Positions 50,390-64,000 of a DNA stretch of 64,000 nt are shown piece after piece (position 1 is the stretch's first letter; each line of letters begins with the position of its first letter). The stretch comes from Balanoglossus misakiensis. Taxonomy: Eukaryota; Animalia; Hemichordata. A model generated the notes under the pieces. It had not been told where the DNA came from. It saw only the letters and a list, made by a program, of their open reading frames with translations, and ran no database searches. The stretch lies in contig CM082579.2 in the NCBI GenBank assembly GCA_040954595.2, positions 554,922-618,921 on the forward strand, given 5' to 3'. The position numbers were made by a program, and so were the translations under genes.

Positions 50390-53210
50390 TAGTCTGAAAC
50401 CAACCCATTCCTTTTGCCTGTCATGCTGTGTCAAAGTGGAGCCCAATTAGATACATGGGATTAATTGTATTTAAGAAATAAAGTTTTTTAATTTGATAAA
50501 TTCTTCAAATATATTCCTATAGAATAATAGGACTTGGTCCTATTGATTATTCGTTCACAAACACGTAAAATTTGTCAAAGCATCTGAAATATCACATTGT
50601 CGTTCAATTTGTGTTTGTGTTTGATTTCAAAATGGAATGCAACAGAGTGGCAGTGTTAATATAAATGACAATTTCCAAAATTTACCCTCCAACCTTTTGA
50701 TTATATTTTAATTGCCTTTTATTTCAGTTAAATACTTGTACATGACTTTAAAAAAATTTAAATTTGCAATTCAACTAAAGAGCATTATGTTATTGCTGCA
50801 AGATTATAAATCTTCTATTTAACATTGATTTCAGATAGTCACCCCATGGTTTGACAATATGGTTCATTCATTGGGTTGGCATAGTGCAATACTTGAAATC
50901 AGCTGTATGTACAGTGAAGTGTTTGCAATGCATTAATGATTCAAATCTTGAAACTGATTTCATGGTGTCTTTTTGCTGTTTCTTTGCAATGTGTGTATTA
51001 CCTTACTTGAAAGAAGAGAGTATTTTCTGATGATGCATTTGATTTTAAACATGAAATCATCACAGTTGTCACACCACTGCCTCAGTCTTTGTATGTTGTT
51101 TTAGACATGACATGATAGACGCAGTGACACACAGTGCCAAACTAAATGGCTAACAACAGATGTAAAAGTAGACTTGTTAATAGACTTGATGCCAAATGAT
51201 GCCAATTGTAGTTGTACATGAACTTGTACCAAATTCCACATGAAATATTGAACTTAGTGCCAGATGTGGCATATCACTGTGCTAAATACACCGACAGACT
51301 TCTTCATGGCCTTAGTAACAGCTACAGCTAGCAACAGACCAACATGAGACCAGATAACCTACTAGTGCTACTAATTAAATGTAACAGACTTGGAGAATTT
51401 GGTTTGTTTTGAATGATGACATTGTGTGAAGCAGTTGCTTTCAGAATACTGTGGAAATACTTTGTCGATCTGGAAGTTGGTCTTATTTGTGGCTGTCATC
51501 AGGTTCCTCCTCTCTTGGAATTTCATTTGTCTGTGTGCGTATATGGAACTTGGGTGTAAGTGTGGGTAGTTTTATCCATGGGTGCCAAAATCCACAATTC
51601 CCCAAGAAAGATGGTCGGGAATCGCCTATTGTTCGGACGTGTGAACGAGAGGATTAGCTGTAGGATGCGCATTATGGTCATGTGACCACCTTAGAGTTGC
51701 ACTTTTTCCTTGGAAGAAAGCGACAATCCCTCTACTGTCTACGATGATTTTCCCGATATATATATTCCTATAGAATACATTAGTACTGAGCTTTTTCAAT
51801 CAAGTTTTATTTTCTCCAACCGTCCAAGTGTTTTATCACTTCCCATATTGTCAGGAGGCCTTTACTTATTAATTCTGTAAATACACGTCTTAATGGTGTG
51901 TACATAAATGTGACTGCGCTAAAAGCTAAATATCAAGTCATGTTGTGTTCAGACAAGTGTGCCACCAGTGGCCATAACATAAATACTCTCTTTTTCCAGT
52001 AGTAAAAAAATACTTATGAAACAACAGAAAATACCTGTTTTTTCCAGATGTGTATATTATATAAATGTAAACTGTATGGACAGAATAATTTATTATGTGG
52101 ATTATATTAGGTATCTTTAACTTCTAAGAGCATGAGTGTAATGTGAACCTTGAATGTCAAGCATTTTGATAGTATGTAGGCTGAGACAGTTGCATGACAA
52201 AAAATCTAAGATGTAAAAATTCACTTGAGAAATAACGTTGGATGTATTTTGTTGGTATTTTTCTGTGCAGTTTTCCGAATTGTTAAAGCCAAACTTCGCC
52301 ATGCAAACTGTCAAGACAGTGACATTAGCCACATTAATTCTTACAGTAAAAGTTAGATGTATACATATCTTAAAATTTGGAAGACACTCACTGCAGTGTG
52401 TATTATATTTCTTATCACAAAATGCTAGTAAAATTTATCAATTAATATTTTCTGAATCAGGTTCATGATTTTCGTGTGTGACGTGAATGTATGCAGGGTG
52501 TGAGTGCAAAACTCTTGTAATTAATTACACAAACACAATGTACAATTGTTTGTAAGAAAAGTTTTAATAAATGTTGAAATACCTACAGATAATGTAAAAT
52601 CCAGTGTAACTATGGAACAAACTGCATGCTAAATAGAGAGTACATTTTGATGAATAGATGTATAATACAATGGTATATTTCCATTCACGCTACTTCCCCA
52701 GTTAGAGAATTAACTGTATGCATACAATCAAATGGTATGCACTATTGACATTACATGTACCTGCTTTTTACATATAATCTTCACAATTCAGATTACAGCA
52801 CTAACACATTGTCAATAAATATAACAAACGCATGCTTTGTGTTCACAGCTATATATCCTGCAAGAGGTCGAATTGGGTTCATGATCTCATCAAAAATGAC
52901 TAGTTATTCACTGCAATATTGTACGTAATGAAAACTCATAAACGTTTTTTTTTCTCCAAAGAGTCAGGTTCTGCATTTCATTTACATTAGAAATGTTTGA
53001 CTTTTATTATGTTGAAAAAAAAGTTCAGTTCATGAAGATCATCGTGATTCTTTGTAAGGAATAGTCAGTTCAGAGGAATCGATGATGTATTATCCCGTCT
53101 TTTTCACTGAAACTGCTGTCCGTACAATTGTTTATAAACCAGTGAAATGATCTTCCAATGTAAGTTTTTGAAACAATGTTCTGTTTTATTGAATTGTCTG
53201 TCCAAGTTCT

Positions 53211-55234
<2,024 letters not shown>

Positions 55235-55444
55235 CCTGGCAGTGAAAAAATACACCAGGGAAACTGTAAATAATGTGAACGAAGCTGTTGTAGAATTTTG
55301 CTAGCAAAGCTGTCCCGGTTGCTATGTTTGTTAGCAACCAATGCTCTGGTATTTCTTTCCTCCACTAATAGTGAACCTTGTTGAGGGCGCACTGCGAATG
55401 GTGATGGTGACCCAGCGGTGACCCGGGTGACCCAGGTCAGTGCA
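55235..55444. promoter_or_regulatory. Compact bidirectional promoter between SPATA4 and MITD1
   Basis: Only 210 bp separate the divergent ATGs; GC-richer, with RFX half-sites GTTGCTATG (55318) and TAGCAAC (55332) and a CCAAT. Confidence 0.6.
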
Positions 55445-56985
55445 ATGGCGGGTGTTAGTGGCGTCGAGGCGTCTGCAATCAGTGTTTTGAAGAATGCTGT
55501 TGAACTTGACGGGAATGGTCGGCACACAGAAGCTTTAGCATGTTACAGAGAAGGGATACAACTTCTGATGGATGTCATGAAATGTACAAAAAATATATTG
55601 TTTGTGCATGTAATAATGCTTGCTTAAAACACATCAAATCATCATCATCATCATCATGGCATTTAGACTCAAAATAAAGAACCTATTCAATTCATGAAAA
55701 ATTTATATTTTTATTAAAATGCAGTGACAAAGAATGAAGTCAAAGTAAAAACAATGAGAGAGAGAATCAATGAATATATGTTTCGAGCAGAGAAATTGAA
55801 AGATCACATCGAAGAACAAAAGAAAGGTATGATCCCAGTTTTGAAGTTATCACAACTCTCATATCACATGCATAAAATATATAATTGGTATGGAAATGAT
55901 TGGTTTGTTCAACAAGTTTTAGTAACCAAATCTTTTTTGATTGGCTGCTTAATGAATTGCTTATACCTTCTTTGTTTTAGCTGGACAACATCATGAACAG
56001 TACAGGATACCCAAAGACTCTGTTGGTCATAGTTACAAAGCGGTCTTTGGTAAATTTATTGATGAGTTTTTGACAGAAGTCACTGTAGATGATGCATACA
56101 TCAGACAAACACATCAGATTTATAATTTTCTAAGATTCTGTGAACTCCTTGTGTCGAAACCTTCGAAAGTGAAAAAAATTACCCTAACAACAGGAATGGA
56201 TGAGGTAAGTATAATTGTCATTGAAATGTTTTTAAATTTTGACTTTTGATACCTTTAAGAAGACACAAGACTTTGAAATGATCAGTAAGGTCAATAATTA
56301 ATACTTAAGTGTGTCAGCAGACTTAATTATGGAACTTTATCTTTTGACCTTTATGAGTTATCTTTTCATAAACTGGCATATTCTAAAAATTACAAAGTTC
56401 ATGCACACAGAAAAAAAATATATTATTTCTTGGAAATCTGTTTCAGGGAAATTTTCAGCTTCAGAAGAATCGATTGGAAGAATTGAAAGGCAGTCTTGCA
56501 ATTCATGGAGTCCAACTCATGGTCAACTATTCCTCTTCCTTACATGACAGGGAAATTAGGTAAATTTTATCCATGTTTTCAGCTTTAACCTTTCCAGTAT
56601 CACTTGACTGTTTTCAACAGTGATTGGCTTTTATGTAACTTGGAACATCTTCAGGCATAAATATTTGATGTGTTGATCAGTTTGTGTTCTACAACAGTCA
56701 TGAAGTTTTGTTTCTCTGTAGTAGTGTTATATATCGCGATGTCTTTGTGAATGTGTGATGTACTTTTGCACTTTCCATAAACCACATTTATCATGCCTGA
56801 ATTATTTCATCCTATTCTGTTACAGATTTAATAATGGTTGGATTATCAAGATAGGAAGGGGCCTTGATTATTTTCAACGCACAGGACAATTTGCTATTGG
56901 ATTTTGTGACTTTGACCTTCGGCCTTGCCATGAAACAACAGTGGACATTTTTAATATCAAACATACCAAAACCACAGAGAGATAG
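55445..56985 (+). CDS. MITD1: MIT domain-containing protein 1 (MIT plus PLD-like domain; ESCRT-III binder), 5 exons, ~245 aa
   Basis: Exons 55445-55583, 55725-55826, 55981-56204, 56447-56559 and 56826-56985 join in frame (738 nt). MIT motif AVELD...[13 protein letters not shown]...YMFRAEKLK; C-terminal [18 protein letters not shown] and [24 protein letters not shown]...[13 protein letters not shown]. Confidence 0.93.
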
Positions 56986-57539
56986 CAACAGTTTTTTTGC
57001 ATACCATGTACATGTATTTTTTCTGTAATTTTTACCAAGACCACAATTTATGTGATTTAAAAGTAGGGTGTATTTAAAGTATAAGTGATTTTAGTGTTGA
57101 ACAGATGTGTATGTAGATGAATGATATACAAAATAAATCGTGCATCTGAAATTATAAACAATATTTTGTTGAATTAAAAAACATGGCTGAAGTACTGGAA
57201 CGCATTTGTCGTCTGCTCGAAATCTCGTCGATTTCCACGCTGAAATGACGTGAAAATTCGTCTGCTCACTCATGCATTCTACGTGAATGAAGCATTGTCC
57301 CATTCAGAATGAACACCGGATGTTCTCAACACGCTACCATTGTTAATCAGGGGTTTCATCGAGCGAGCTCGCAGTTAAATACTACTCGCTTTTTTCATTA
57401 AAATTGCACTCTCTTATACCAAAAGCATTGAAAATTTAATTTCAACATGCATTTAAATATATTTTAGTCTTATAGACGTGACAGCGTTTACATATATTTG
57501 GACCATCTTATTTCTAAAGGTCGTACGTCCCTTTGAAGA

Positions 57540-57709
57540 ATAATGGTTTATCCAAAAGGTCGCTTGGAGGGTCATTGCAGTTGCGTACGAATTCAAACTG
57601 GTTTACTACGGAAAGAAGTGTAAAAGGCGGAAGCATATACTTATACATTTACAAAACATAGGGTGATAACCATTCCGACATTATTTTTTATCCTCCCAAG
57701 TATATAAAG
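57540..57709 (+). promoter_or_regulatory. Probable promoter and non-coding first exon of CEP135
   Basis: ETS-like CGGAA motifs near 57608-57633, strong donor AAG|gtaagt at 57709/57710, and acceptor tttcag| at 58207 upstream of the ATG. Confidence 0.5.
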
Positions 57710-58245
57710 GTAAGTGTGCAGTTACGGGGAGGGTATGCTTCTGATAGAAAAGGGAATTCTTTCTCGAAGATGAGCCTGTGAGTCAAGGCTAGGCTTGACG
57801 TCTGGAATATCACATCTTGACATGTTCCGAAAGTGGCTGAACATGTAGTTGCATGCTCTTGAACGTTAAGTTTCAGTCTATTGCAAGGGAAAAGGGTCGA
57901 ATTTCACCTCTGTTTTGGATATTGCTGCATCTCTTGACTGAGAAAATTGTTCGGGTAAGAAAATTTTGTTGGTGTATTTCGAACTTTGTAGTGATTCTCT
58001 TCATTCGGTTTCCATCCCACGACCAAGGTGCAGGTGGTATTTGTGGACAGGTCTGCAGCTGTAATCATGATAAATTGTTTTTCCCTACTCTCTGATATAA
58101 AGTTGATTAAAACCACACCCGTAACTCTTTAAGAAAGTGCTGTTACCAACAAGCGACTGTGCCACCAGAACCCATTATGTATAAACATTTAATATTGTCA
58201 CTTTCAGGTCAAATTTACACAGGGAGTTGTCATGGTAACAAAGAA

Positions 58246-60569
58246 ATGAGTACCACAGCAGAAAGGAAATTTGTTAACCTGCGTAAGCGGCTTGACCAGT
58301 TGGGATACCGTCAACCACTTGGCATAGAGTCTTTGCCATTGGTTGAAAGGTTGTTTAGTGATCTGGTGCACACAACCGAAAGTTTGAAAGATGCTAAATT
58401 ACAGGTACAGTAAAAACTATCTTCATAGGTACAGAATTTAACTAGACATCTGTAATTCCTATTTGACAGTTTGAAGCCTTGGGTCAAACACGCTATTCAC
58501 AGCTCTAGCACTATGGTTTTCGCTTGTATTACGTGGCTTTTGTGATCGATATTATGTGTAAACAATAATACCCTTGACAATTGCCTGTGTAGTATTGTTT
58601 CCCCAGTTTTGACTTGTGAAGACAGGTACTCCGCCACAAAGAAGGGAAGATTACCTTTCAACTCCTGTTGCTCTGTAGTGTTATAAAGGAGGGATTTAGA
58701 GAATAGTCATGTAATATACATCAGGGCTGGCACAAACACTTTCTTGAATATATAGCCAGGAAGTTTGCATTCAGACGTTAAAAGTTTAAAATCATATAAT
58801 TTTCATAGAGTTTGAAATCATAACACATGGGATTTGCGTCACTGGAGGCAGTGTGATGATACTCTCGAATAATTTTGTATTTTGGTTATAGGCTGGCAAG
58901 ACTGTGCATGTGAGTGGTGATTTGGAAACTGCAATTGAACCCTACCGCAGTGACAATGCCAAACTGGTCAAAGAAAACAATGAACTGCATCTGCAGCTCA
59001 TCAAAGCCAAAGAAGATGCAGAAGCATCTATCAAGGACCTCAAAAGCAGCATACGGAGATTGGAGCATGAAAATGCTGACCTGAGATTTTTGAACACTCA
59101 GTATATTCACAAAGTGAGGGCGGTTGAAAAAGAATCCAAGTTGAAAACAGATCGGATATCAGAGTTACAGGAAAAGAACTTTCATGCTGTCGTACAAACT
59201 CCAGGTAGGTGGTCTGTTTTATGGTAAGTCATATTAGGTATGCCATGGTCTGCTCTGATTCTAGCATGGAAATAAAGATGCTCACTGTTTTATGGCTCAA
59301 ATGTTGCATAAAGAATATGTTCCTGTGGGAATGTTATAAAACACATCTAGTATTGACTGGTCATATTCAGGTAACACCATAACTCCTGTCTCCCATGAAG
59401 GCTGAAGGGAAACAGGCATATGCTATTGCCTGAATATGACCAATCAATCCCACTGACAATGCTCTACTAGTTTCTGTATGTGGGGTTTATAATTCACTGA
59501 GTGGGGGCGCTGTTTACAGGTTCTCACATTTTAAACATTCTCTGCAGGGTCACAACAAATGAAAAACAACAAACTCTGATTCTGAAATCTTGGCTGCTTG
59601 TCAACCCTTTTAGTTTTAGCCTGCTGTCTTCTGAAGATGTGAAATGTTGACAATACAAAAATAACAGAAATGTTTGTCTTCTACAATAAATATCTCTCCC
59701 AAGCTTTGGTCTGTTGTGGCCACAATGGATAGGTATGGCTAACAATGCTTGATATCAACACAAATGGTTGTCATGGTGACATTGTCACCCCTGGTTGGCA
59801 TGCAGGTAACTTTACCACTGTGCAAGGGTAGCCAGAAAAAGTCATAGATGGAGGTGTGTGTTACAGTTGATCATAGAGGCTTGTTGCACTGTAATGTCAG
59901 TCAAATTCTTGGAATCAGATTTTAATTCCACGACATTTCACTGTCTCAAAATGAGCCATATAATCTAGGAATGATAATCCTGTGTAGAACTTGGTGAAAT
60001 AAAAATTAAAAGAAAATGCACTTTCATATATCAAACTAATCATCGGAGCAGCACAACCTAATTTTCCAAATGATGTTTAGGTTGCAAATGTAAAGTCACT
60101 AAAACCTGCATGTCAGCTAATATATTTCTATTCCATTGACCTTTCTCAGTTGGCGCATATCAGGTCATGTGACATTAGGTCCAGATACAGCATGGTATCA
60201 ACAATTGGATTATCAATGAATGCAAAATGTGGCAAAATCATTTGTGAAACATCCTAGGGTCGCGTGCCAGTAGAACAATATATTGTTATTGTATACTATT
60301 ATTGTTACTGAAATGTATTGCTTTAACCGTTCTCTTCAGGTGGTCGGAAACGAAACATCCCGTTCCGTCGGCAGCGTATGGAGCTTGACTCCACTGTTCC
60401 AGACACAGACAGGACATCATCATCGGTTCAGTCACAGGCCGAGGATCCATATGTAGCTGATCTGATCCGTGTTGCTGATACCAGAATTGAAGTGCTGCAA
60501 AAAGAAGTTGAACAACTAAAATTTGAAGAAGAAAAGTCCCACCGTGCTATTAGGAGTTTAAAGAAACAA
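58246..60569 (+). CDS. CEP135: Centrosomal protein 135 / Bld10, first three coding exons (234 codons); gene continues beyond the window
   Basis: Exons 58246-58404, 58892-59204 and 60340-60569 join in frame. MSTTAERKFVNLRKRLDQLGYRQPL..ESLPLVERLFSDLVHTTESL, PYRSDNAKLVKENNELH, DLRFLNTQY, AVVQTPGGRKRNIPFRRQRM and DPYVADL match the recalled CEP135 N-terminus. Confidence 0.93.
59352..59448. repeat. ~97-nt hairpin (about 42-bp imperfect stem, 12-nt loop) in a CEP135 intron
   Basis: attgactggtcatattcaggtaacaccataactcctgtctccc pairs with gggaaacaggcatatgctattgcctgaatatgaccaatcaat. Confidence 0.7.
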
Positions 60570-62849
60570 GTAAGACTTTCTAGTCATTTACCTGAACAAG
60601 TACAAGTAAAAATGGGGCATGTTAGCTTATTTGATCACTGGGTACTGTTATTCACAAGCTTTAGAAGACCTTTTGGTTTCCAGCAACTGATGAATGAAAC
60701 AACAGGTTTGGGAAAGCTCACGAACACCACCATCCAGTGATCTAAATATGCTACTAAAACTGCTGGTTTCCCAGAGTAGGAAACTTGAGAATCATTTTGA
60801 ACAATAGGTATAAATGGACGTATCCGTGCAGGCATTGTTAGTGAATCGATATTGAGTAAGTTTGTCCATAGTGACTTCAAGTTCACCCAACCATAGCATA
60901 TACTAACAACGTGTTGTTAGGGAGGAAATTTATGTCGCCCTGTGGCAAATGTCAGTGTGACTTTTGCCGTCTTGGGTCATTGACAGAAGTGATAATTTAG
61001 GAGTGTCATCATTTGTTAGGTTGTTAGTGTGTGACTTCTAAGTTCTTTTTTTTATTTTAATAATTTAATCAAACTGTGTCATTACTTTCAAAAGTTTATC
61101 CTTTCATTGTAAATATTTTTCACCCTCTGAATCTCTACAACAACACAGTACCATCGAAACTCCAAATTCCTGATTTACACACTATTATTCGCACAGTAAA
61201 CACTGTAAAGGTGCATCTGTTTTGAGATTGGTATGTTGAAGTTGTAAATGACCCACGCTGGAAATTGGGTTCAGTGGGATTTAGCTATTAAGACTGAATC
61301 AACTTAGGGTGTGCCTGTGTTTGGCTGCAGGTGTTCTGAGTTTAACTAGCTATTAAAGGTTCAACCTCTGTCAGAGCAGCAGGCAGGCATATCAAGGATT
61401 GAGAACCCCACGCCAGTAAGCATGCTAATTAAAGTTACATGCCAAGAGCAAGAAATTCGGCCAAAATAATCAGCAGCGCCATCTGTAAACAGAGGGTACA
61501 TAAAGTGCGGGAGGATGAACAGATTTCAGTTATGTTGGCTCAATACCAATGTAGTAAAATTAGACAATTTGATAATTTAAATAAAAAGAATGGCCATAAA
61601 AAATCAGGGCTATCTGGAAATTAAATGAAGGGTCACAAGTTGGGGGTCACTAACTGACATGGTTGATTATTTTGGGTGGTAAACTGAACACTCTGTTGAA
61701 ATATCAAAATCGGTGACATGTATATGGCCTTGTGAGAGTTGTATCAGGTTATCTACTGTGTAGATTGATTATACAAGGTTTGTGTGTCTGTACAGTGATA
61801 TGAAATGTATTGTCAATTGCATAACAACGTAGATAGTTGCCAGGCATTGGACTTGTGGCTGCAGAATACAGTTATAGGAAAATGATTTCATTGCAAAATC
61901 TTGTGTGTAGGTGTGAAATTTTAAAGGAGATGTCAGCAACATCATGTAGTAAAGAAACCCACATAAATGTACATTTTAATGTTTCACCAATCATTAGATA
62001 TTATCATCCAACATGCATTTCTGTTTATTTCTTTTTGGTTAAAATTAATATTTTCATTTTCAGTTGACTAGGTATTCTGTTGCAATAATGTTCTCACATC
62101 TCTAAGCATGAAAGATAAAGTCACCAGTGTTGTTGAAATGAATACCCTTTGCACATTTAGAACTTTGGTTGTCATCAAGGGCTTTGAACTGGGACCTGTG
62201 CCAAGAAATTGTATTTATTGTACTGGGCCAGTCTTTTGAATTTAGCCAATGTTCTGTGTAAAACTTTGTTTCTGGTACTGAAAATGCACACAGAAACTAG
62301 CCTGAGATTGCCCCAAACAGAGGTTACATTACAATGGTAGATATAGCAGCTGAGTGAATTCTGTTGTTACTGATAGGTCCAACTGTAGGATCATATCCCA
62401 CTCATACTAGCATTGGAATTTTCCTCATTAAACCGTAGACAGTGGTAAAGAAATTAATAAAAGAAGTTTTAAGATAAACGTTGTAATTCATGGGTACAGT
62501 GTATCCCAGTGATGGCAAGACTGTTGAAAAATATGCCAGGTTTGTACTAGAAGTTCAAACCTTATCACAAACAAGCACATTTTTATCACTTGAGAACAGC
62601 CTAGGTCCCCAGAAACCTGTTGAAACATGTTGGGAATTTCACCAGTTATGCAGTGGTTGTTACATGCCAACGACGCTGGCATATAACTCGTGCTGGGGTT
62701 TTTACACACACCAGGCTATGCATCAATGGAATGGTCCAACGTAAACAACAGCTATTGTTGTTGGGGTCATTGTTTGACCTGTCTACAGTAACGTTTGTTA
62801 TTCAAATGATTGAATAATCATTTATTATGTAAATGATTGACTCCTAGCA

Positions 62850-63226
62850 GCTGATTGGACAATGATCAATTATGGGCGGTATTGTGTAGTCATTTAGCCC
62901 ATTGAGCATCAGACACTTGCTGTTGTTATTAATTAAACTCAGGTAGATTGGATTACTCGACAGGGAGTAGCGGCTTGCCGCTTTAGATATGCAAATACCA
63001 ATATCGGCGTCAGTTGAGAGTTTGAATTTTGTTACCGGGGTCTCGGCTACTTAGGGTTGAGCGTAGTGAGTGCACGAGCGTATTGTGTAGTAGGACGTTG
63101 GAGGTGATTGTGGTGTTGGTTAGAAGTGCTTGTGGGGAAACCTGACAACACCTGTATCTGGTGCTAGCATGTCTGCTCGGTATTCTCACCGGCCAAGGTC
63201 AAGAGCAAGGGTAGGTTGCCATGGAT
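62850..63226 (+). promoter_or_regulatory. Candidate internal promoter with a short ATG-containing exon (63169-63210) inside a CEP135 intron
   Basis: Locally CpG/GC-rich; reverse CCAAT boxes (GATTGG near 62853 and 62946), GC box GGGCGG near 62874, octamer ATGCAAAT near 62989; ATG...AGG|gtaggt donor in phase 0; X-box-like GTTGCCATGGAT at 63215. Confidence 0.4.
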
Positions 63227-64000
63227 TTGTCTCTTTGAGAATTTTTTTATTTCTCAGGTAGTCAAGTATCAACACGTAGTACGGGCATACGGTGCCTCCT
63301 ACACATTCAATGCCCTTTAACTGCCTTCAATACAATAGCCTGACTGTCATTCTATTCATTTTTACTACAAGCCGTATCCTATCTCCTGCACCATCACAAA
63401 TTCTGAGTTCGCTTTAGGAGTTTTTTCAGATTTCAGAAATGTTTGGTCTTGATTTACCGTTTCTTTAGTGTCATGACTTTGGATTGAGAAACACTGACAG
63501 TGTCAAAGGCATAATTGATACGCGTTTATGTGTTTGTATTTTGATTACCATGATGATGGAAAGACAGTTTTAAATGTGTTGCAGAATTTAATCACCAGCC
63601 AAAAAAAGGAAAACATTAATTGATTTTAAGCATGGTATGGAAATTGAAATGCTATACCTATGCATCAGTGAGCATCTTTGTAGAATTTCTTCCCTGCTGT
63701 GTTTGACAAATCCACAATTAAATTTCAGAATTCCTGTTTAATTGCCTGTGACAATTAACACAATTTAAAATTGCCTGCTTTGACTGTTGATGGTGATTTG
63801 TTTTTAATTTATTCAGCATTTGTTGCCTATTTTAAAATTTTCTGGTAAAAAAATTCCACAATATATAAAACCTTTTAATCCTCTTTACACTGAATAGTTG
63901 TTGATAGTTGATTTGTATCGAGAATGTCAGCTTTGAAGAATCAGTCTTGTGTTTTGAAATTCCAAATGTACCAGCAGTTGGTGTGCTTCAATCGCTGGAT

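Noticed and set aside
51440-51780. GC-richer stretch with short ORFs between WDR17 and SPATA4, and an ~18-bp repeat (atatattcctatagaata at ~50509 and ~51760)
   Set aside because: No homology or splice structure recognised; the short AT-rich repeat is too weak to call a transposon boundary.

Overview
AT-rich animal genomic DNA with GT-AG introns, probably a marine invertebrate such as a mollusc or other lophotrochozoan (inferred from protein character and frequent TACATGTA; not provable here). Left to right: (1) the large first coding exon of dachsous (- strand), whose next intron fills 1-17.9 kb; (2) GEMIN8 (-); (3) WDR17 (+, 25 coding exons), whose 13.3-kb first coding intron holds two complete tandem beta-tubulin genes on the opposite strand; (4) SPATA4 (-), tail-to-tail with WDR17; (5) MITD1 (+), head-to-head with SPATA4; (6) the 5' part of CEP135 (+). 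The best candidate for an undescribed system is a motile-cilium gene neighbourhood (WDR17 with nested EGEF-tail beta-tubulins, SPATA4, CEP135) dense in RFX X-box-like motifs. It also appears to keep two gene pairs that are neighbours in human (WDR17-SPATA4; MITD1-TSGA10, the CEP135 paralog). Other observations: a gene-conversion mosaic between the tubulins, a candidate internal promoter and alternative first exon in CEP135, a ~90-bp piggyBac-like MITE family, and several hairpin or foldback elements. Exon coordinates were derived by hand and family names from recalled sequences; no database search was run.
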